A DNA stretch of 64,000 bases, taken from Tissierellia bacterium (lineage in GTDB: Bacteria; Bacillota; Clostridia; Tissierellales; Peptoniphilaceae). The notes under the pieces were generated by a model that was not told where the DNA came from, did no database searches, and saw only the letters and a list, made by a program, of their open reading frames with translations. Of the stretch, positions 30,981 to 41,740 are shown piece after piece (position 1 is the stretch's first letter; each line of letters begins with the position of its first letter). Location of the stretch: assembly GCA_030537875.1 (NCBI GenBank), contig JAUNVC010000006.1:614-64613 (forward strand), written 5' to 3'. The translations under genes and the position numbers were made by a program.

Positions 30981-32741
30981 ATGAGCATCACCGACGAAGT
31001 CATTGATAAAATAAAAGATCAACTAGATATGGTGGAAGTGGCTGGAGAATATATTCAACTTATACGCAGAGGACAAAATTACGTCGGTTTGTGTCCATTT
31101 CACATGGAGAAAACACCTTCATTTACTGTAAACTCCAACACAAACACCTACAAGTGTTTTGGTTGTGGGGCAGGTGGTGATGTCATTGAGTTTATTCGCA
31201 ATATGGAAGGTATGGATTTTGTAGATGCTGTTAAATATTTGGCAGATAGGGCCCATATTCCCTTAGACCATAGTACAAAGAAAGTTACAACCAAGGAATG
31301 GGATGACTTTTATGAGATGAACCGTGAAGCAGCTCTTTTCTTTATGGAAAACCTACATTCCAATTCTGCGGCACTTGCTTATTTAAAAAAAAGAAATATT
31401 TCTTTAGATTCCGTTAAGAAATTTGGCGTAGGGTATGCTGCTGATTCTTGGAATCAATTATATACCCATCTAAAAAAGAAGGGGTATAAAGAAAGTCAAA
31501 TTTTCGCCAATGGTTTAATATTACGTAGTGAAAAAACAAATAATTATTATGATGCTTTCCGTAATCGTTTAATCTTTCCTTTAATTGATTTAAGGAATCG
31601 AGTCGTTGGCTTTGGAGGAAGAATATTAGGCCCAGAAGAACCCAAGTACTATAACTCTAAGGATAGTCAAATTTTTACAAAGGGAAACTTACTATACGGA
31701 CTGCATATTATTAAGGAGCACCGCAATAGAGAGAGGATTTTATTGGTAGAGGGCAACATAGATGTTGTAATGCTTCATCAATATGGCATAGACTATGCTG
31801 TTGCAGCTCTGGGCACCGCTTTTACAAAAAGACAGGCCCAACTTCTCAAGCGTTTTGGTAAAGATGTGTATTTATGTTTAGATGGAGATGAGGCTGGAAA
31901 AAAAGCAACTCTACGAGATATTGAGATTTTGCGCAAAGAGGGCGTATCTCCTAAAGTCGTAAGTATCCCTGATGCTATGGATCCTGACGATTTTATACGC
32001 AAAGAGGGCAAAGATGCTTTTGAGAGGCTATTGTACGATAGCAAAGATGCTTTTGATTTTGCGATTTCGTTTTATAAATCTGATCTCGATATCTCAAAAA
32101 GAGAGGATTATATCGAATTTATTAAAAGAATAGGCAATCATATTGCAACGATTCCATCTGAAATTGAACAAGAAATCTACATGAAAGACATAGCAAAAAA
32201 GTATGGTCTCAATGAGGAGAGTCTTAAAAAGGAATTTTTGGTTCAACGGAAAAGAGGAAAAGAAATTCAGGATAATTTTACCCAGTATACAGTTCCCAAA
32301 GCGAATCATCGGATTGAAAACCTTTTTGTCAACCTATGCATTACCGAAAAAGTAAATGCATTGGAGTTTGAAAGAGGAGATGCTGGTAGATATCTGACCA
32401 ATAAAGGGTATAAAGAACTATATAGAAGAATATTGGATGAGTATGAAAAGAAAGAAGAGATAGAGCTTAGCAGTTTTAAGAAAACACTACAAAAAGAAGC
32501 TAGGATACCAGAACCAATTATCCAACAATTGCGCAAAGTGGAAAATTTTGATGCAAAGGATTTTACAGAGGCGGTCCAAGATGTACTCGTGGGATTGAAA
32601 TCAAGGAGTTCTATTGGGACACGCAGGGAATTGAAAGCTGCCTTTGATGCAGCAGTGCAAAAGGGAGACATGGACAAAGCTATGGAGTTAATGGAACAGC
32701 TTGATAATTTATCGGTACAGAAGGTGGAAGAAAATGATTAA
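30981..32741 (+). CDS. dnaG: DNA primase
   Basis: CPFH.EKTPSF, CFGCG, PKYYNS, VEG, DGDEAG. Confidence 0.97.
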   Translation: MSITDEVIDKIKDQLDMVEVAGEYIQLIRRGQNYVGLCPFHMEKTPSFTVNSNTNTYKCFGCGAGGDVIEFIRNMEGMDFVDAVKYLADRAHIPLDHSTKKVTTKEWDDFYEMNREAALFFMENLHSNSAALAYLKKRNISLDSVKKFGVGYAADSWNQLYTHLKKKGYKESQIFANGLILRSEKTNNYYDAFRNRLIFPLIDLRNRVVGFGGRILGPEEPKYYNSKDSQIFTKGNLLYGLHIIKEHRNRERILLVEGNIDVVMLHQYGIDYAVAALGTAFTKRQAQLLKRFGKDVYLCLDGDEAGKKATLRDIEILRKEGVSPKVVSIPDAMDPDDFIRKEGKDAFERLLYDSKDAFDFAISFYKSDLDISKREDYIEFIKRIGNHIATIPSEIEQEIYMKDIAKKYGLNEESLKKEFLVQRKRGKEIQDNFTQYTVPKANHRIENLFVNLCITEKVNALEFERGDAGRYLTNKGYKELYRRILDEYEKKEEIELSSFKKTLQKEARIPEPIIQQLRKVENFDAKDFTEAVQDVLVGLKSRSSIGTRRELKAAFDAAVQKGDMDKAMELMEQLDNLSVQKVEEND

Positions 32742-33882
32742 AAATAATTTAGTAAAACAAAAAAAACTTTCAGATGCGCTGACATATCTGATTACTGGTG
32801 GAGTGGAGACCCATTTTATTACCTATCAAGATATAGCGGATCATTTGAGTGAATTTCAGCTTGATGTGGCCCGTATTGAAAAAATTTATAAAAAATTTGA
32901 AGAGCTGAACATTGAACTTACAGACAAGGAAATCTATTCTATTAAAAATACTATGGAGAAAGACAAGACCATCGATGTATTGGAAGATGAGGATGACGAT
33001 GATCTCCTTGTGAAAGATGATGATAAATCTGAGATTTTTGTTCCCAAAGGCGTGAAAGTTGATGATCCCGTTCGTATGTATCTTAAGGAAATCGGTAAGA
33101 TCTCACTTTTAACAGCGGAGGAAGAAGTTTCCATCGCCAAGCGAATGGAACAAGGCGATGAATCGGCCAAATCCGAACTTGCAGAAGCCAATTTGCGTCT
33201 TGTAGTAAGCATTGCTAAGAGATATATGGGAAGAGGAATGCCGTTTTTGGATTTGATTCAGGAGGGCAACCTTGGACTTATGAAAGCTGTAGAAAAATTT
33301 GAATATAAAAAAGGATTTAAGTTTTCGACATATGCTACTTGGTGGATACGACAAGCTATTACAAGAGCCATTGCTGATCAAGCGAGAACAATTCGTATAC
33401 CAGTACACATGGTAGAAACGATAAATAAATTATTAAGAGTACAAAGGCAACTCCTACAAGAGTTAGGGAGAGAACCTACACCGGAAGAAATCGCTGAGGA
33501 AATGGAACTCAATGTAGAAAAAGTTAGGGAAATCCAGAAGATTTCACAGGAACCAGTAAGTCTTGAGACTCCCATTGGAGAAGAAGAAGACTCCCACTTG
33601 GGTGATTTTATACCGGATGAAGAAATTTTAAGCCCACAGGACGCTGCTACAAATACCATGTTGAGAGATCAGCTTTTTAAGACATTGGATTCTTTAAATG
33701 AAAGAGAACAGAAGGTCCTAAGGTTGCGATTCGGACTGGACGATGGGAAAACTAGGACCTTGGAAGAAGTGGGAAAGGTTTTTGATGTAACTCGTGAAAG
33801 AATTCGTCAAATCGAAGCGAAGGCATTGCGAAAACTTCGTCACCCCAAAAGAAGTGATAAACTGAAGGACTTTTTAGAATAA
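32734..33882 (+). CDS. rpoD: Primary sigma factor SigA/RpoD
   Basis: [51 protein letters not shown]. Confidence 0.98.
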   Translation: MIKNNLVKQKKLSDALTYLITGGVETHFITYQDIADHLSEFQLDVARIEKIYKKFEELNIELTDKEIYSIKNTMEKDKTIDVLEDEDDDDLLVKDDDKSEIFVPKGVKVDDPVRMYLKEIGKISLLTAEEEVSIAKRMEQGDESAKSELAEANLRLVVSIAKRYMGRGMPFLDLIQEGNLGLMKAVEKFEYKKGFKFSTYATWWIRQAITRAIADQARTIRIPVHMVETINKLLRVQRQLLQELGREPTPEEIAEEMELNVEKVREIQKISQEPVSLETPIGEEEDSHLGDFIPDEEILSPQDAATNTMLRDQLFKTLDSLNEREQKVLRLRFGLDDGKTRTLEEVGKVFDVTRERIRQIEAKALRKLRHPKRSDKLKDFLE

Positions 33883-34574
33883 TGGACCGTTTAGAAACCA
33901 TTGTTTCTCTTGTACGTCCTGGAGATACCGTTGCAGATATTGGTTGTGATCATGGTATAGTAGGATTAAAATTATTACAAGAGGGTACAATCAAAAAACT
34001 CATAGCCACAGATATTTCTTTGCCTTGTCTAGACAAGGCAAATCTTTTAATAAAAAAACATGGATTCAGTGAGCAATATGAAGGTCGTGTAGGAGACGGA
34101 CTGGAGCCTTTAGAAATTGGTGAAGTGGACTCGGCAATTATTGCTGGAATGGGAGGAGAGTTGATGTATCGAATCCTTACAGAAAGACCTGAAATGACAC
34201 AGTCCATTGAAAGTTTTATTTTACAGCCAATGACAGAACCTGATCTCATTAGAAAGTTTGCTCATCAGTGGGGGTATTCTATTGTCAAAGATATTCTCGT
34301 GAGAGAAGGAGACAAGTTTTATTTCGTGCTACAATTGGTAAAAGCAAAAGGGGAAATCCACGTGGATGAGTATGAGTATCCCCTGACTCTTATGAAAAAT
34401 GTGCCTCTATTTAAGGAATATATGACGATGAGAATAGGGCAAACGCAAGAATTGATTTATCAGCTTGACGGTGTAGATTCGGACAAGGCAAAAAAAAGAA
34501 AAAATGAATTGAAAAGAGAAATCAAACGGATGGAGGATGTATTATGCAATTACGAGAAATTATTAAAAAATTAG
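33882..34574 (+). CDS. trmK: tRNA m1A22 methyltransferase
   Basis: ADIGCDHG, GDGL, IAGMGG, ILQPM. Confidence 0.93.
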   Translation: MDRLETIVSLVRPGDTVADIGCDHGIVGLKLLQEGTIKKLIATDISLPCLDKANLLIKKHGFSEQYEGRVGDGLEPLEIGEVDSAIIAGMGGELMYRILTERPEMTQSIESFILQPMTEPDLIRKFAHQWGYSIVKDILVREGDKFYFVLQLVKAKGEIHVDEYEYPLTLMKNVPLFKEYMTMRIGQTQELIYQLDGVDSDKAKKRKNELKREIKRMEDVLCNYEKLLKN

Positions 34575-35332
34575 AAATTAAATATCCTTTGAATTCTCAA
34601 CAAAGCTGGGATAATAGTGGACTTCAGATAGGTTGTTTAGATGCAACCATTACAAAGGCATATGTGGCGTTAGATGTTGAAATAGAGCATGTAAATCGAG
34701 CCATAGATGAAGGCGCAGAGCTTCTCATCACCCATCATCCTCTGTTCTTTGATTCTATTAAATCGCTGGAAAAGAATTGTTTTTATTATGAACTAATCAA
34801 GATGGCAATGACACATGATATCAATATTGTATCCTTCCACACGAACTTTGATAGTTCTCCAGAGGGCATGATCTATACTCCCTTTGACGACTTTTGGAGG
34901 GGGGGAAAAGAAAGGTTTGTGGAAGAAGAGGGACAGTTCTTTGGTTTTAAAACAATGGTCGATCCCATAGCTTTGAGAGATTTTGCCAAACAGATCGGAA
35001 ACAGAGTAGCAACATCATCTCCTTTGGACATCCGTGTCTACGGAAATCCAGATAAAATAGTAAAGAGCATTGCTTTCATGGGAGGCAGTGGTGGTGGATA
35101 TGTGGCAGAAGCCATTGCCATGGGCTGTGATCTATATATCACTGGTGATGTGAAATACCATCAGCAGCAAGCCGCTCAAAGAGATGGTATGGCAGTGATG
35201 GATTTGGGTCATGGGGGAAGCGAAGTACATTTTGTGGATATTATGAAAACGAACCTAGAGGAAATGGGCCTAAGCGTAATTGGTTCCCATTCCTTCTTTG
35301 GATCTTCCATACATGGACAGTGTATCGATTGA
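34544..35332 (+). CDS. Nif3-like dinuclear metal center protein
   Basis: WDNSGLQIG, THHPLFF, HTNFD, TGDVKYH. Confidence 0.93.
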   Translation: MQLREIIKKLEIKYPLNSQQSWDNSGLQIGCLDATITKAYVALDVEIEHVNRAIDEGAELLITHHPLFFDSIKSLEKNCFYYELIKMAMTHDINIVSFHTNFDSSPEGMIYTPFDDFWRGGKERFVEEEGQFFGFKTMVDPIALRDFAKQIGNRVATSSPLDIRVYGNPDKIVKSIAFMGGSGGGYVAEAIAMGCDLYITGDVKYHQQQAAQRDGMAVMDLGHGGSEVHFVDIMKTNLEEMGLSVIGSHSFFGSSIHGQCID

Positions 35333-35363
35333 TTTTATGGATGAAAAATGCTATACTATACTT

Positions 35364-35686
35364 GTAAATCAGACAGTCGCATGAAAATGAGGAAAGTCCG
35401 TGCTCCACAGAGCGAGGGTGCTGGATAACGTCCAGTGGGGGCGACCCTAAGGATAGTGCAACAGAAATAAACCGCCAATTAAAATTGGTAAGGATGGAAA
35501 GGCGAGGTAAGAGCTCACCGGCGTTTAGGCGACTAAACGGCCCTGTAAACCCCACCCGGAGCAAGACCAAAGCGAGTCAAAAGGCCTTTGCTCGAGGCTT
35601 CTCGAAAGGTAGGTTGCTGGAAGATATAGGTAACTATATCTCAAGATAGATGACTGTCAAATACAGAACACGGCTTATAGATTTAC
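35364..35686 (+). ncRNA. rnpB: RNase P RNA (type A)
   Basis: GAGGAAAGTCCG, AGTGCAACAGAA, GTAAACCCC, GAGCAAG, ACAGAACACGGCTTA; terminal GTAAATC/GATTTAC pairing; TGcTATACT -10 upstream. Confidence 0.96.
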
Positions 35687-35687
35687 T

Positions 35688-35713
35688 AAAAAATTCGCTA
35701 CGGCGATTTTTTT
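35688..35713 (+). terminator. Terminator after rnpB
   Basis: AAAAAATTCGC-TACG-GCGATTTTTTT. Confidence 0.7.
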
Positions 35714-35783
35714 ATGCTTTTCTATATAACATTGTTCATCCTTAGGATTTCAACAATAAAAAAATTGTTTTTGGCTATTTCAC

Positions 35784-35812
35784 TTGTTTTTTTTTTATTT
35801 ATAAGCTATAAT
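35784..35812 (+). promoter_or_regulatory. Putative promoter of NlpC/P60-folD containing a T10 tract
   Basis: TTGTTT-N17-TATAAT. Confidence 0.5.
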
Positions 35813-35835
35813 TAAGACATACCGAGGAGGTTTGC

Positions 35836-36852
35836 ATGCGAAAAATTATTAAACACTCCCTAAAAGTCATGGGAGCTATAGCTATACTTGTGTTTGCAAC
35901 AAAAGATACGGGTACCATTATTCAACCTGTACAGATAGTAGACACAAAAGGTGCGCAAATGACTTTTGCGGATGGTGAAGTTGTAAATGTAGTGAATGAA
36001 TCGGCTACAACATATACTGTGGAGCGTGACGGCGTTGTGGGAGAAGTGAACAAGGAATATATACTTCTCACACAGAGAAAATCTGTCAATTATTCTGTTC
36101 GAAGAATAACGGCTCTGAAAGAAGATCCTAACAGTGAAAATGTTAAGAGATTTTTGCTTGAAAAAGAAACACTCACTGTACAAAAAAATGAAGGCGCATA
36201 TTGCTTCGTTTTGACAGAAGACAATATGACAGGATACGTTCTGACAGAAGATTTAGAAAAGGAAAATTTACCCATTGTCAATTTAGCTTTTCTACAGGCA
36301 GATGTTCCCACAGCAGATGGTGGACTTCTACCTAAGGATACGCTAGTTGTTGTTAAAAGTTATGGAAATGGGGTTTTTCGTTGCTTAGATCAAAGTGGAA
36401 AAGAACATAACATTCCAAAAGAACAGATCCGTTTTGTAAATGAACAAATTACTCGTGGTTTGGACAGTCGGTTTATGCAGCTTACAGATAGCATCATTGC
36501 CAAAGCAAAGGAATTTATTGGAACCCCCTATGTGTACGGTTCCTCTGGTCCCAATGCCTTTGATTGTTCTGGATTCACAAGTCATGTGTATAAGCTTATG
36601 GGTTACACAATCCCTCGTTCCAGTGCTTCACAATCAAACTATGGAACGCCCATTGCAAGAGAAGATTTACTTCCTGGAGATTTGTTGTTCTTTAACACAA
36701 CGGGTTCCGGGGTAAGTCACGTGGGCATTTATATAGGGAATGGTCAGTTTATTCATGCTGCAAGTTCACCGGTCAATCGAGTCACAATATCAAGTTTATC
36801 TGAAGCGTATTATTCAAAGAGATATATTAGTGCACGTAGAGTGTTAAAATAG
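35836..36852 (+). CDS. Secreted NlpC/P60 (C40) peptidoglycan peptidase with SH3-like domains
   Basis: N-terminal hydrophobic segment; GTPYVYG, FDCSGF, SHVGIY, FIHA. Confidence 0.92.
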   Translation: MRKIIKHSLKVMGAIAILVFATKDTGTIIQPVQIVDTKGAQMTFADGEVVNVVNESATTYTVERDGVVGEVNKEYILLTQRKSVNYSVRRITALKEDPNSENVKRFLLEKETLTVQKNEGAYCFVLTEDNMTGYVLTEDLEKENLPIVNLAFLQADVPTADGGLLPKDTLVVVKSYGNGVFRCLDQSGKEHNIPKEQIRFVNEQITRGLDSRFMQLTDSIIAKAKEFIGTPYVYGSSGPNAFDCSGFTSHVYKLMGYTIPRSSASQSNYGTPIAREDLLPGDLLFFNTTGSGVSHVGIYIGNGQFIHAASSPVNRVTISSLSEAYYSKRYISARRVLK

Positions 36853-36861
36853 GAGGAAAAA

Positions 36862-37713
36862 TTGAGTCAAGAATTGAGAGGTAAGGTTGTCGCAGATGTG
36901 ATCAAAAACAACCTAAGAAATGAAATAGAAGAGTTTAAATCTAAAGGTATTGCACCAACCATTGCCGTTGTCCGTGTGGGGGAAAACCCTTCGGACATTT
37001 CTTATGAAAAAGCCATTGTTAAGGTAGCTGGTAGCATTGGAATGGAGACGAAGCTTGTTCAACTACCTGAGGAAACCACTACGGAACAGTTGGAAAAAGA
37101 AATCATTACGTTAAATGAAGATACCAAAGTTCATGGAATCCTGATGTTTAGACCTTTGCCAAAGCATATTGATCAAGAAAAAATGAGAGATATCATTTCG
37201 GCTGATAAAGATGTTGATGCGATGAATCCTATTAATCTAGAAAAAATATTTGAAGGAGATCCATCCGGATTGGAACCTGCAACGCCTAGAGCGGCTGTAG
37301 AGATGATTAAAGGACATGGATTTGAACTGAAAGGTAAAGATGTGGTTGTTATCAATCGATCTATGGTTGTTGGAAAACCACTAGCTATGATGCTTCTACA
37401 GGACAATGCAACGGTGACGATATGCCACTCCAAGACAGAGGATTTGAAAGCTCATACAAAGAGAGCCGATATCGTTGTGACTGCTCTGGGTAGACCTGCG
37501 ACAATTGATGCTTCCTACTTTAACGAAGACTCCATTGTTATTGATGTTGGAGTAGGTATGACAGAAGATGGCAAATTATCTGGAGACGTAGATTATGATG
37601 CTGTCAACGGCAAAGTTAAGGCCATTACACCAGTACCTGGTGGCGTAGGAAGTATTACCACAAGCATACTTCTAAGTCAGGTCATGAAGGCTTGTAAAAA
37701 AATGAATAGTTAA
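36862..37713 (+). CDS. folD: Methylenetetrahydrofolate dehydrogenase/cyclohydrolase
   Basis: KDVD, RSMVVGKP, GDVD, TPVPGGVG. Confidence 0.95.
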   Translation: MSQELRGKVVADVIKNNLRNEIEEFKSKGIAPTIAVVRVGENPSDISYEKAIVKVAGSIGMETKLVQLPEETTTEQLEKEIITLNEDTKVHGILMFRPLPKHIDQEKMRDIISADKDVDAMNPINLEKIFEGDPSGLEPATPRAAVEMIKGHGFELKGKDVVVINRSMVVGKPLAMMLLQDNATVTICHSKTEDLKAHTKRADIVVTALGRPATIDASYFNEDSIVIDVGVGMTEDGKLSGDVDYDAVNGKVKAITPVPGGVGSITTSILLSQVMKACKKMNS

Positions 37714-37721
37714 TAGTAATG

Positions 37722-37752
37722 AAAAACTTCCCTTGCTTTGGGAAGTTTTTTT
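37722..37752. terminator. Bidirectional terminator between folD and the helicase gene
   Basis: AAAAACTTCCC-N7-GGGAAGTTTTTTT. Confidence 0.85.
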
Positions 37753-37757
37753 AATGG

Positions 37758-39572
37758 TTATTTTAATTCATTAAGAAACCTCGTTGGTTGAAGCTTTTCA
37801 CCCTCATCTTCCTTGTAAGATAACATAAATAGGGAGTTTTTAGCTCTTGTCATTCCAACGTAGAGCAACCTACGTTCTTCTTCCAGATCTTCAGCATTGC
37901 TTTTATATCCAGGTATTTCCTGATCTAACAAATCGACAAGAAAGACAGTATCAAACTCCAAACCTTTTGAGGCGTGCATACTGATTAATTTTACTCCTCG
38001 TGATGTTTGACTCATGGCAATTTGCTTTAATTCATCCAGTCTTTGTAAAAAATGGTCAATGTTTTTTGTTTCATGAGAAATAAATTGCAAGGTCCGAAAC
38101 ATCTTCATATATCCCTCTACGCCGCGACTTTGTTCTCTTTTAATTCTTGCTAAATAATTGTAATATCCACAGTCTTTTAATAAAATTTCCAGACCACGTT
38201 TTGGAAAATGTTTTTGTATTAGATTGCAATTGTTTCTTAGTTCTGCCAATTTTTCCTTTTTATAGGATGGAATCGTTGGATGGCGCAAAATTCGGTCAAA
38301 GACATTTTTCTCTTCTGACATATATTGGAGACTCAAAACTTCGTCTCGGGTCAAATATCCTTGCAATTTGTAATAAATGTTTTTATAGTGTTCCCATGAT
38401 GTGTTGTCTGAAATAAAAGATAACATTTGGAAGATATCTCTTAAAATAAAATGGTTGAAAAAATCGGGCTGTCTCTCCTGAAGCTGAAAGGGTATTAAGT
38501 TTCGGTCCAATACATCCATAAGACCAATGGCAGATAAGTTATTTCGGTAGATGATTGCTTTTGAACCTCTATGTTCTCTTAAGTTTTTTATCAAAAACTC
38601 ATATTGGGAGGTGCGACTCTTAAAGATACCAACCTTTACGGTGGAAATTTTTTCTTTGATGGCTGAAATCTCTTTTTCATAGCGGATCCGGTTGTTTTTA
38701 ATCAATCGATTGGCAGAATTAACAATTTCTGAAACCGATCGATAATTTGTTTGTAGAAATCGAATGGATGCGCCGGGAAATTCGGTACTAAAACGCATTA
38801 GCATTTCAGGATAAGCACCACGAAATCTATAGATGCTTTGATCATCATCTGCCACTGCAAATATATTCATTTTTTTCGTTAGTAGAAGTTTGATAATTTC
38901 CCATTGTAGGGAAGATGTATCCTGTGCTTCATCTAACAATACATATTTGAACTTGTTTTTGTAGTGATTTTTTAAAGAAGCATCATTGGTCAATGCTTCG
39001 CGTGTCTTTATTAATAAGTCGTCAAAATCATATAAATTATGCTTTTCCTTATAATTTTCATAATGATAAAAATAGTGGACAAAATTCTCAATAGAAATCT
39101 CTTTCTCAAAACTTGCATCCAAAGAAACTTGTCGAGACTTTACTAATGAAATGGATTGCAAAAGAAGGATATATTCCTCTTGTGTCAACGAGGTAGAATG
39201 GTATGAGAGGTGAATTTCATTTAAAATATCATATCTAATCTTCCGAAACTCAGGGCCTTCTATCATAGAAAAACGAATTCGGTCCATGGAAGCTTTGTAG
39301 GATAGTATTTCATAACACAGAGAATGAATCGTCTTGATGTGTTGCACTCTAACCTTTGGTTCAATGTCATGAATTCTCTTACGCATATCCATGGCACTGG
39401 CCTTAGTAAATGTGAGAGCTAGAATTTCTGAAGGAGAAACAGAAGCTTCCTGAATTAAATGTAGAATGCGATGGATTAGTATTGTAGTTTTACCTGCACC
39501 CGGCACAGCCAATACTAAGCAAGGACCCTCGTTATGATAAATTGCCTCAAGTTGTTCTTTTGAAAACTTCAT
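37758..39572 (-). CDS. UvrD/Rep-family ATP-dependent helicase
   Basis: PGAGKT, DEAQD, DQSIYRFRGA, NYRS, HASKGLEF, EEERRLLYVGMTRAK; GGAGG RBS. Confidence 0.93.
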   Translation of the reverse strand: MKFSKEQLEAIYHNEGPCLVLAVPGAGKTTILIHRILHLIQEASVSPSEILALTFTKASAMDMRKRIHDIEPKVRVQHIKTIHSLCYEILSYKASMDRIRFSMIEGPEFRKIRYDILNEIHLSYHSTSLTQEEYILLLQSISLVKSRQVSLDASFEKEISIENFVHYFYHYENYKEKHNLYDFDDLLIKTREALTNDASLKNHYKNKFKYVLLDEAQDTSSLQWEIIKLLLTKKMNIFAVADDDQSIYRFRGAYPEMLMRFSTEFPGASIRFLQTNYRSVSEIVNSANRLIKNNRIRYEKEISAIKEKISTVKVGIFKSRTSQYEFLIKNLREHRGSKAIIYRNNLSAIGLMDVLDRNLIPFQLQERQPDFFNHFILRDIFQMLSFISDNTSWEHYKNIYYKLQGYLTRDEVLSLQYMSEEKNVFDRILRHPTIPSYKKEKLAELRNNCNLIQKHFPKRGLEILLKDCGYYNYLARIKREQSRGVEGYMKMFRTLQFISHETKNIDHFLQRLDELKQIAMSQTSRGVKLISMHASKGLEFDTVFLVDLLDQEIPGYKSNAEDLEEERRLLYVGMTRAKNSLFMLSYKEDEGEKLQPTRFLNELK

Positions 39573-39673
39573 AAAAACCTCCAAGCTCTATTATATACAT
39601 TTTAGCCCAATAAGTCGACTCCTAGTCTTGTTCTTACTTAAAGAAAAGCTTATAATAAGAAGAGGAGGATGGT

Positions 39674-40303
39674 ATGAAAATACTTAAAAAGAACGTTGGT
39701 ATTTATGGAGCCAATACCTATATACTATATAAACAATCTAAAAGAGCAATTATTATCGACTGTGGTGGCGATGCTGATGTCATTTCAGACATGGTGAAGG
39801 CCCATGACCTAGAAGTTGAAGCTATACTCATTACCCATGGTCACTTTGATCACATTACTGGTATTCCAGAATTAAGAAAACTAGTGGATGCTCCAGTATA
39901 TGCTTCAGAAAAAGCGAAAGACTTACTAGAATCAGCAGATAAAAATTTATCAGCAAGTTCATGGTCTGGCCCCGTGACTCTTTTTTGTGATGGATATTTC
40001 AAAGACGGAGATACATTAGAATTTACTGATATGACAGTGCAGGTCATGGAGACGCCGGGACATACGGAAGGTTCTGTTGTATTCTATGTACAAGACTGTT
40101 TATTTACAGGAGATACATTATTCACAGGTTCCATAGGTAGAACAGATTTATATTCGGGCAATTACGATAAAATCGTAGAATCACTTCGAAAAATCTTGAT
40201 TCACACTCCGGACAATACTAAAATTTATCCGGGTCATGGTCCCGAATCAACGATGAAGATTGAAAAAGAAAACAATCCATTTCTTTTGAGGATCCAATGT
40301 TAA
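39674..40303 (+). CDS. MBL-fold metallohydrolase (glyoxalase II-like)
   Basis: THGHFDH, TPGHT, TGDTLF, PGHG. Confidence 0.93.
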   Translation: MKILKKNVGIYGANTYILYKQSKRAIIIDCGGDADVISDMVKAHDLEVEAILITHGHFDHITGIPELRKLVDAPVYASEKAKDLLESADKNLSASSWSGPVTLFCDGYFKDGDTLEFTDMTVQVMETPGHTEGSVVFYVQDCLFTGDTLFTGSIGRTDLYSGNYDKIVESLRKILIHTPDNTKIYPGHGPESTMKIEKENNPFLLRIQC

Positions 40304-41697
40304 ATATTGAGACCAAAGGCTTTGAAATAGTTCACGCTCAAAGAGAAATTTTACGAACGTTTTTAGAATATAAAAATCCCGAGGAATACGAGAAAGATGC
40401 CACATTACACTTGTGGTTTGAAAATGGATATGCTGTAGCTGAATGGAAGGACGCGCAAGTAAGCAAGATATATAGACAGCCCATACAGCCATTGGATGAA
40501 GTAAAATCTATGAAATTATGCATTTACAATTTGATGACGATGGTTTTTGATAGAAGTCTTCCTTGGGGGAGTTTAACGGGAATCCGACCGGTAGCTTATC
40601 TTGAGGAGAACATTTCGAGGCTTGGAGCAGAAGTAGCGGAACAATATTTTTTGAAACTCTATGGTGTTAGTGAAGAAAAATACAAAATTGCAAAAGAAAT
40701 CCTAGAAATGCAAAAAGATATTTTGTCATTACGCCAACATTCACATATCATCTATGTTCATATTCCTTTTTGTCCAAGTAGATGTAAGTATTGCTCCTTT
40801 GCAACCATGACGATGGATCGTAAGGGGCATCTAATGGGTGCATATGTGGATACATTAAAAAGGGAAATCATAGAAGGAAGCCATTTGATTTCAAATACAA
40901 AACCTGTGTCCATATATATTGGTGGTGGAACGCCCTCCACTCTCTCCCCTCAACAGGTTCAAGAGTTAATTCCTCTACTAATCAAGGCATTTGGACATAC
41001 GAAAGAAATTACATTTGAAGCAGGTCGTCCAGATACCATCACAAAAGAGCTCTTGGAAAGTCTATCCTTTTGTGGGGTGGATAGAATTAGTGTAAATCCC
41101 CAAACTCTGAAAGAAGAAACTTTGAGGAAAATAGGCAGAGGACACGGGGTAAAAGAAGTCTATGATGCATTTCACCTGGCAAGACAATATGATTTGGATG
41201 TAAATATGGATATGATATTGGGTTTGGCAGGTGAAAATTCAGAAGATGTAATGGATACTTTAGATCAATTGCTAAAATTAGAACCTGAGAATATCACCGT
41301 CCATGCCTTGGCTATTAAAAATGGTAGCGAATGGAAACAATCCAACATTCGAATGGCAAGAACCATTGAGGAACAAGCTTCTATCATCTATAAGCAATTG
41401 AAGGGAAAGGAGTATTTTCCCTATTATTTATATCGTCAGCGAAGACAAGTGGGAGAGGCCGAAAATATAGGCTACTCTAAAAGGGGAAAGGAAAATATAT
41501 TTAATATATTAAGTATGGACGATAAGGTCAATGTTTTGGGCTTTGGTATGGGAGCTGTAAGTAAGTTTGTAGACGGAAACAACAACATAAAAAGAGTGTT
41601 TGGTTACAGAGATTTAGATCATTATTTACAAGGGTATAAAAAAATTCTGCAAGACAAAGAAGATGCGTACACATCCTGTGAATTGACAAGGGTTTAG
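40297..41697 (+). CDS. hemZ: Radical SAM HemZ-like protein
   Basis: PWGSLTGIRP, CPSRCKYC, EAGRPDT, PYYLYRQ. Confidence 0.9.
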   Translation: MLNIETKGFEIVHAQREILRTFLEYKNPEEYEKDATLHLWFENGYAVAEWKDAQVSKIYRQPIQPLDEVKSMKLCIYNLMTMVFDRSLPWGSLTGIRPVAYLEENISRLGAEVAEQYFLKLYGVSEEKYKIAKEILEMQKDILSLRQHSHIIYVHIPFCPSRCKYCSFATMTMDRKGHLMGAYVDTLKREIIEGSHLISNTKPVSIYIGGGTPSTLSPQQVQELIPLLIKAFGHTKEITFEAGRPDTITKELLESLSFCGVDRISVNPQTLKEETLRKIGRGHGVKEVYDAFHLARQYDLDVNMDMILGLAGENSEDVMDTLDQLLKLEPENITVHALAIKNGSEWKQSNIRMARTIEEQASIIYKQLKGKEYFPYYLYRQRRQVGEAENIGYSKRGKENIFNILSMDDKVNVLGFGMGAVSKFVDGNNNIKRVFGYRDLDHYLQGYKKILQDKEDAYTSCELTRV

Positions 41698-41711
41698 ATG
41701 AATGATATGAT
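41683..41711 (+). promoter_or_regulatory. SigA-type promoter for aspS
   Basis: TTGACA-N17-TATGAT with TG extension. Confidence 0.7.
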
Positions 41712-41740
41712 ACTATTTATTACTACATATGGAGGTAGTT

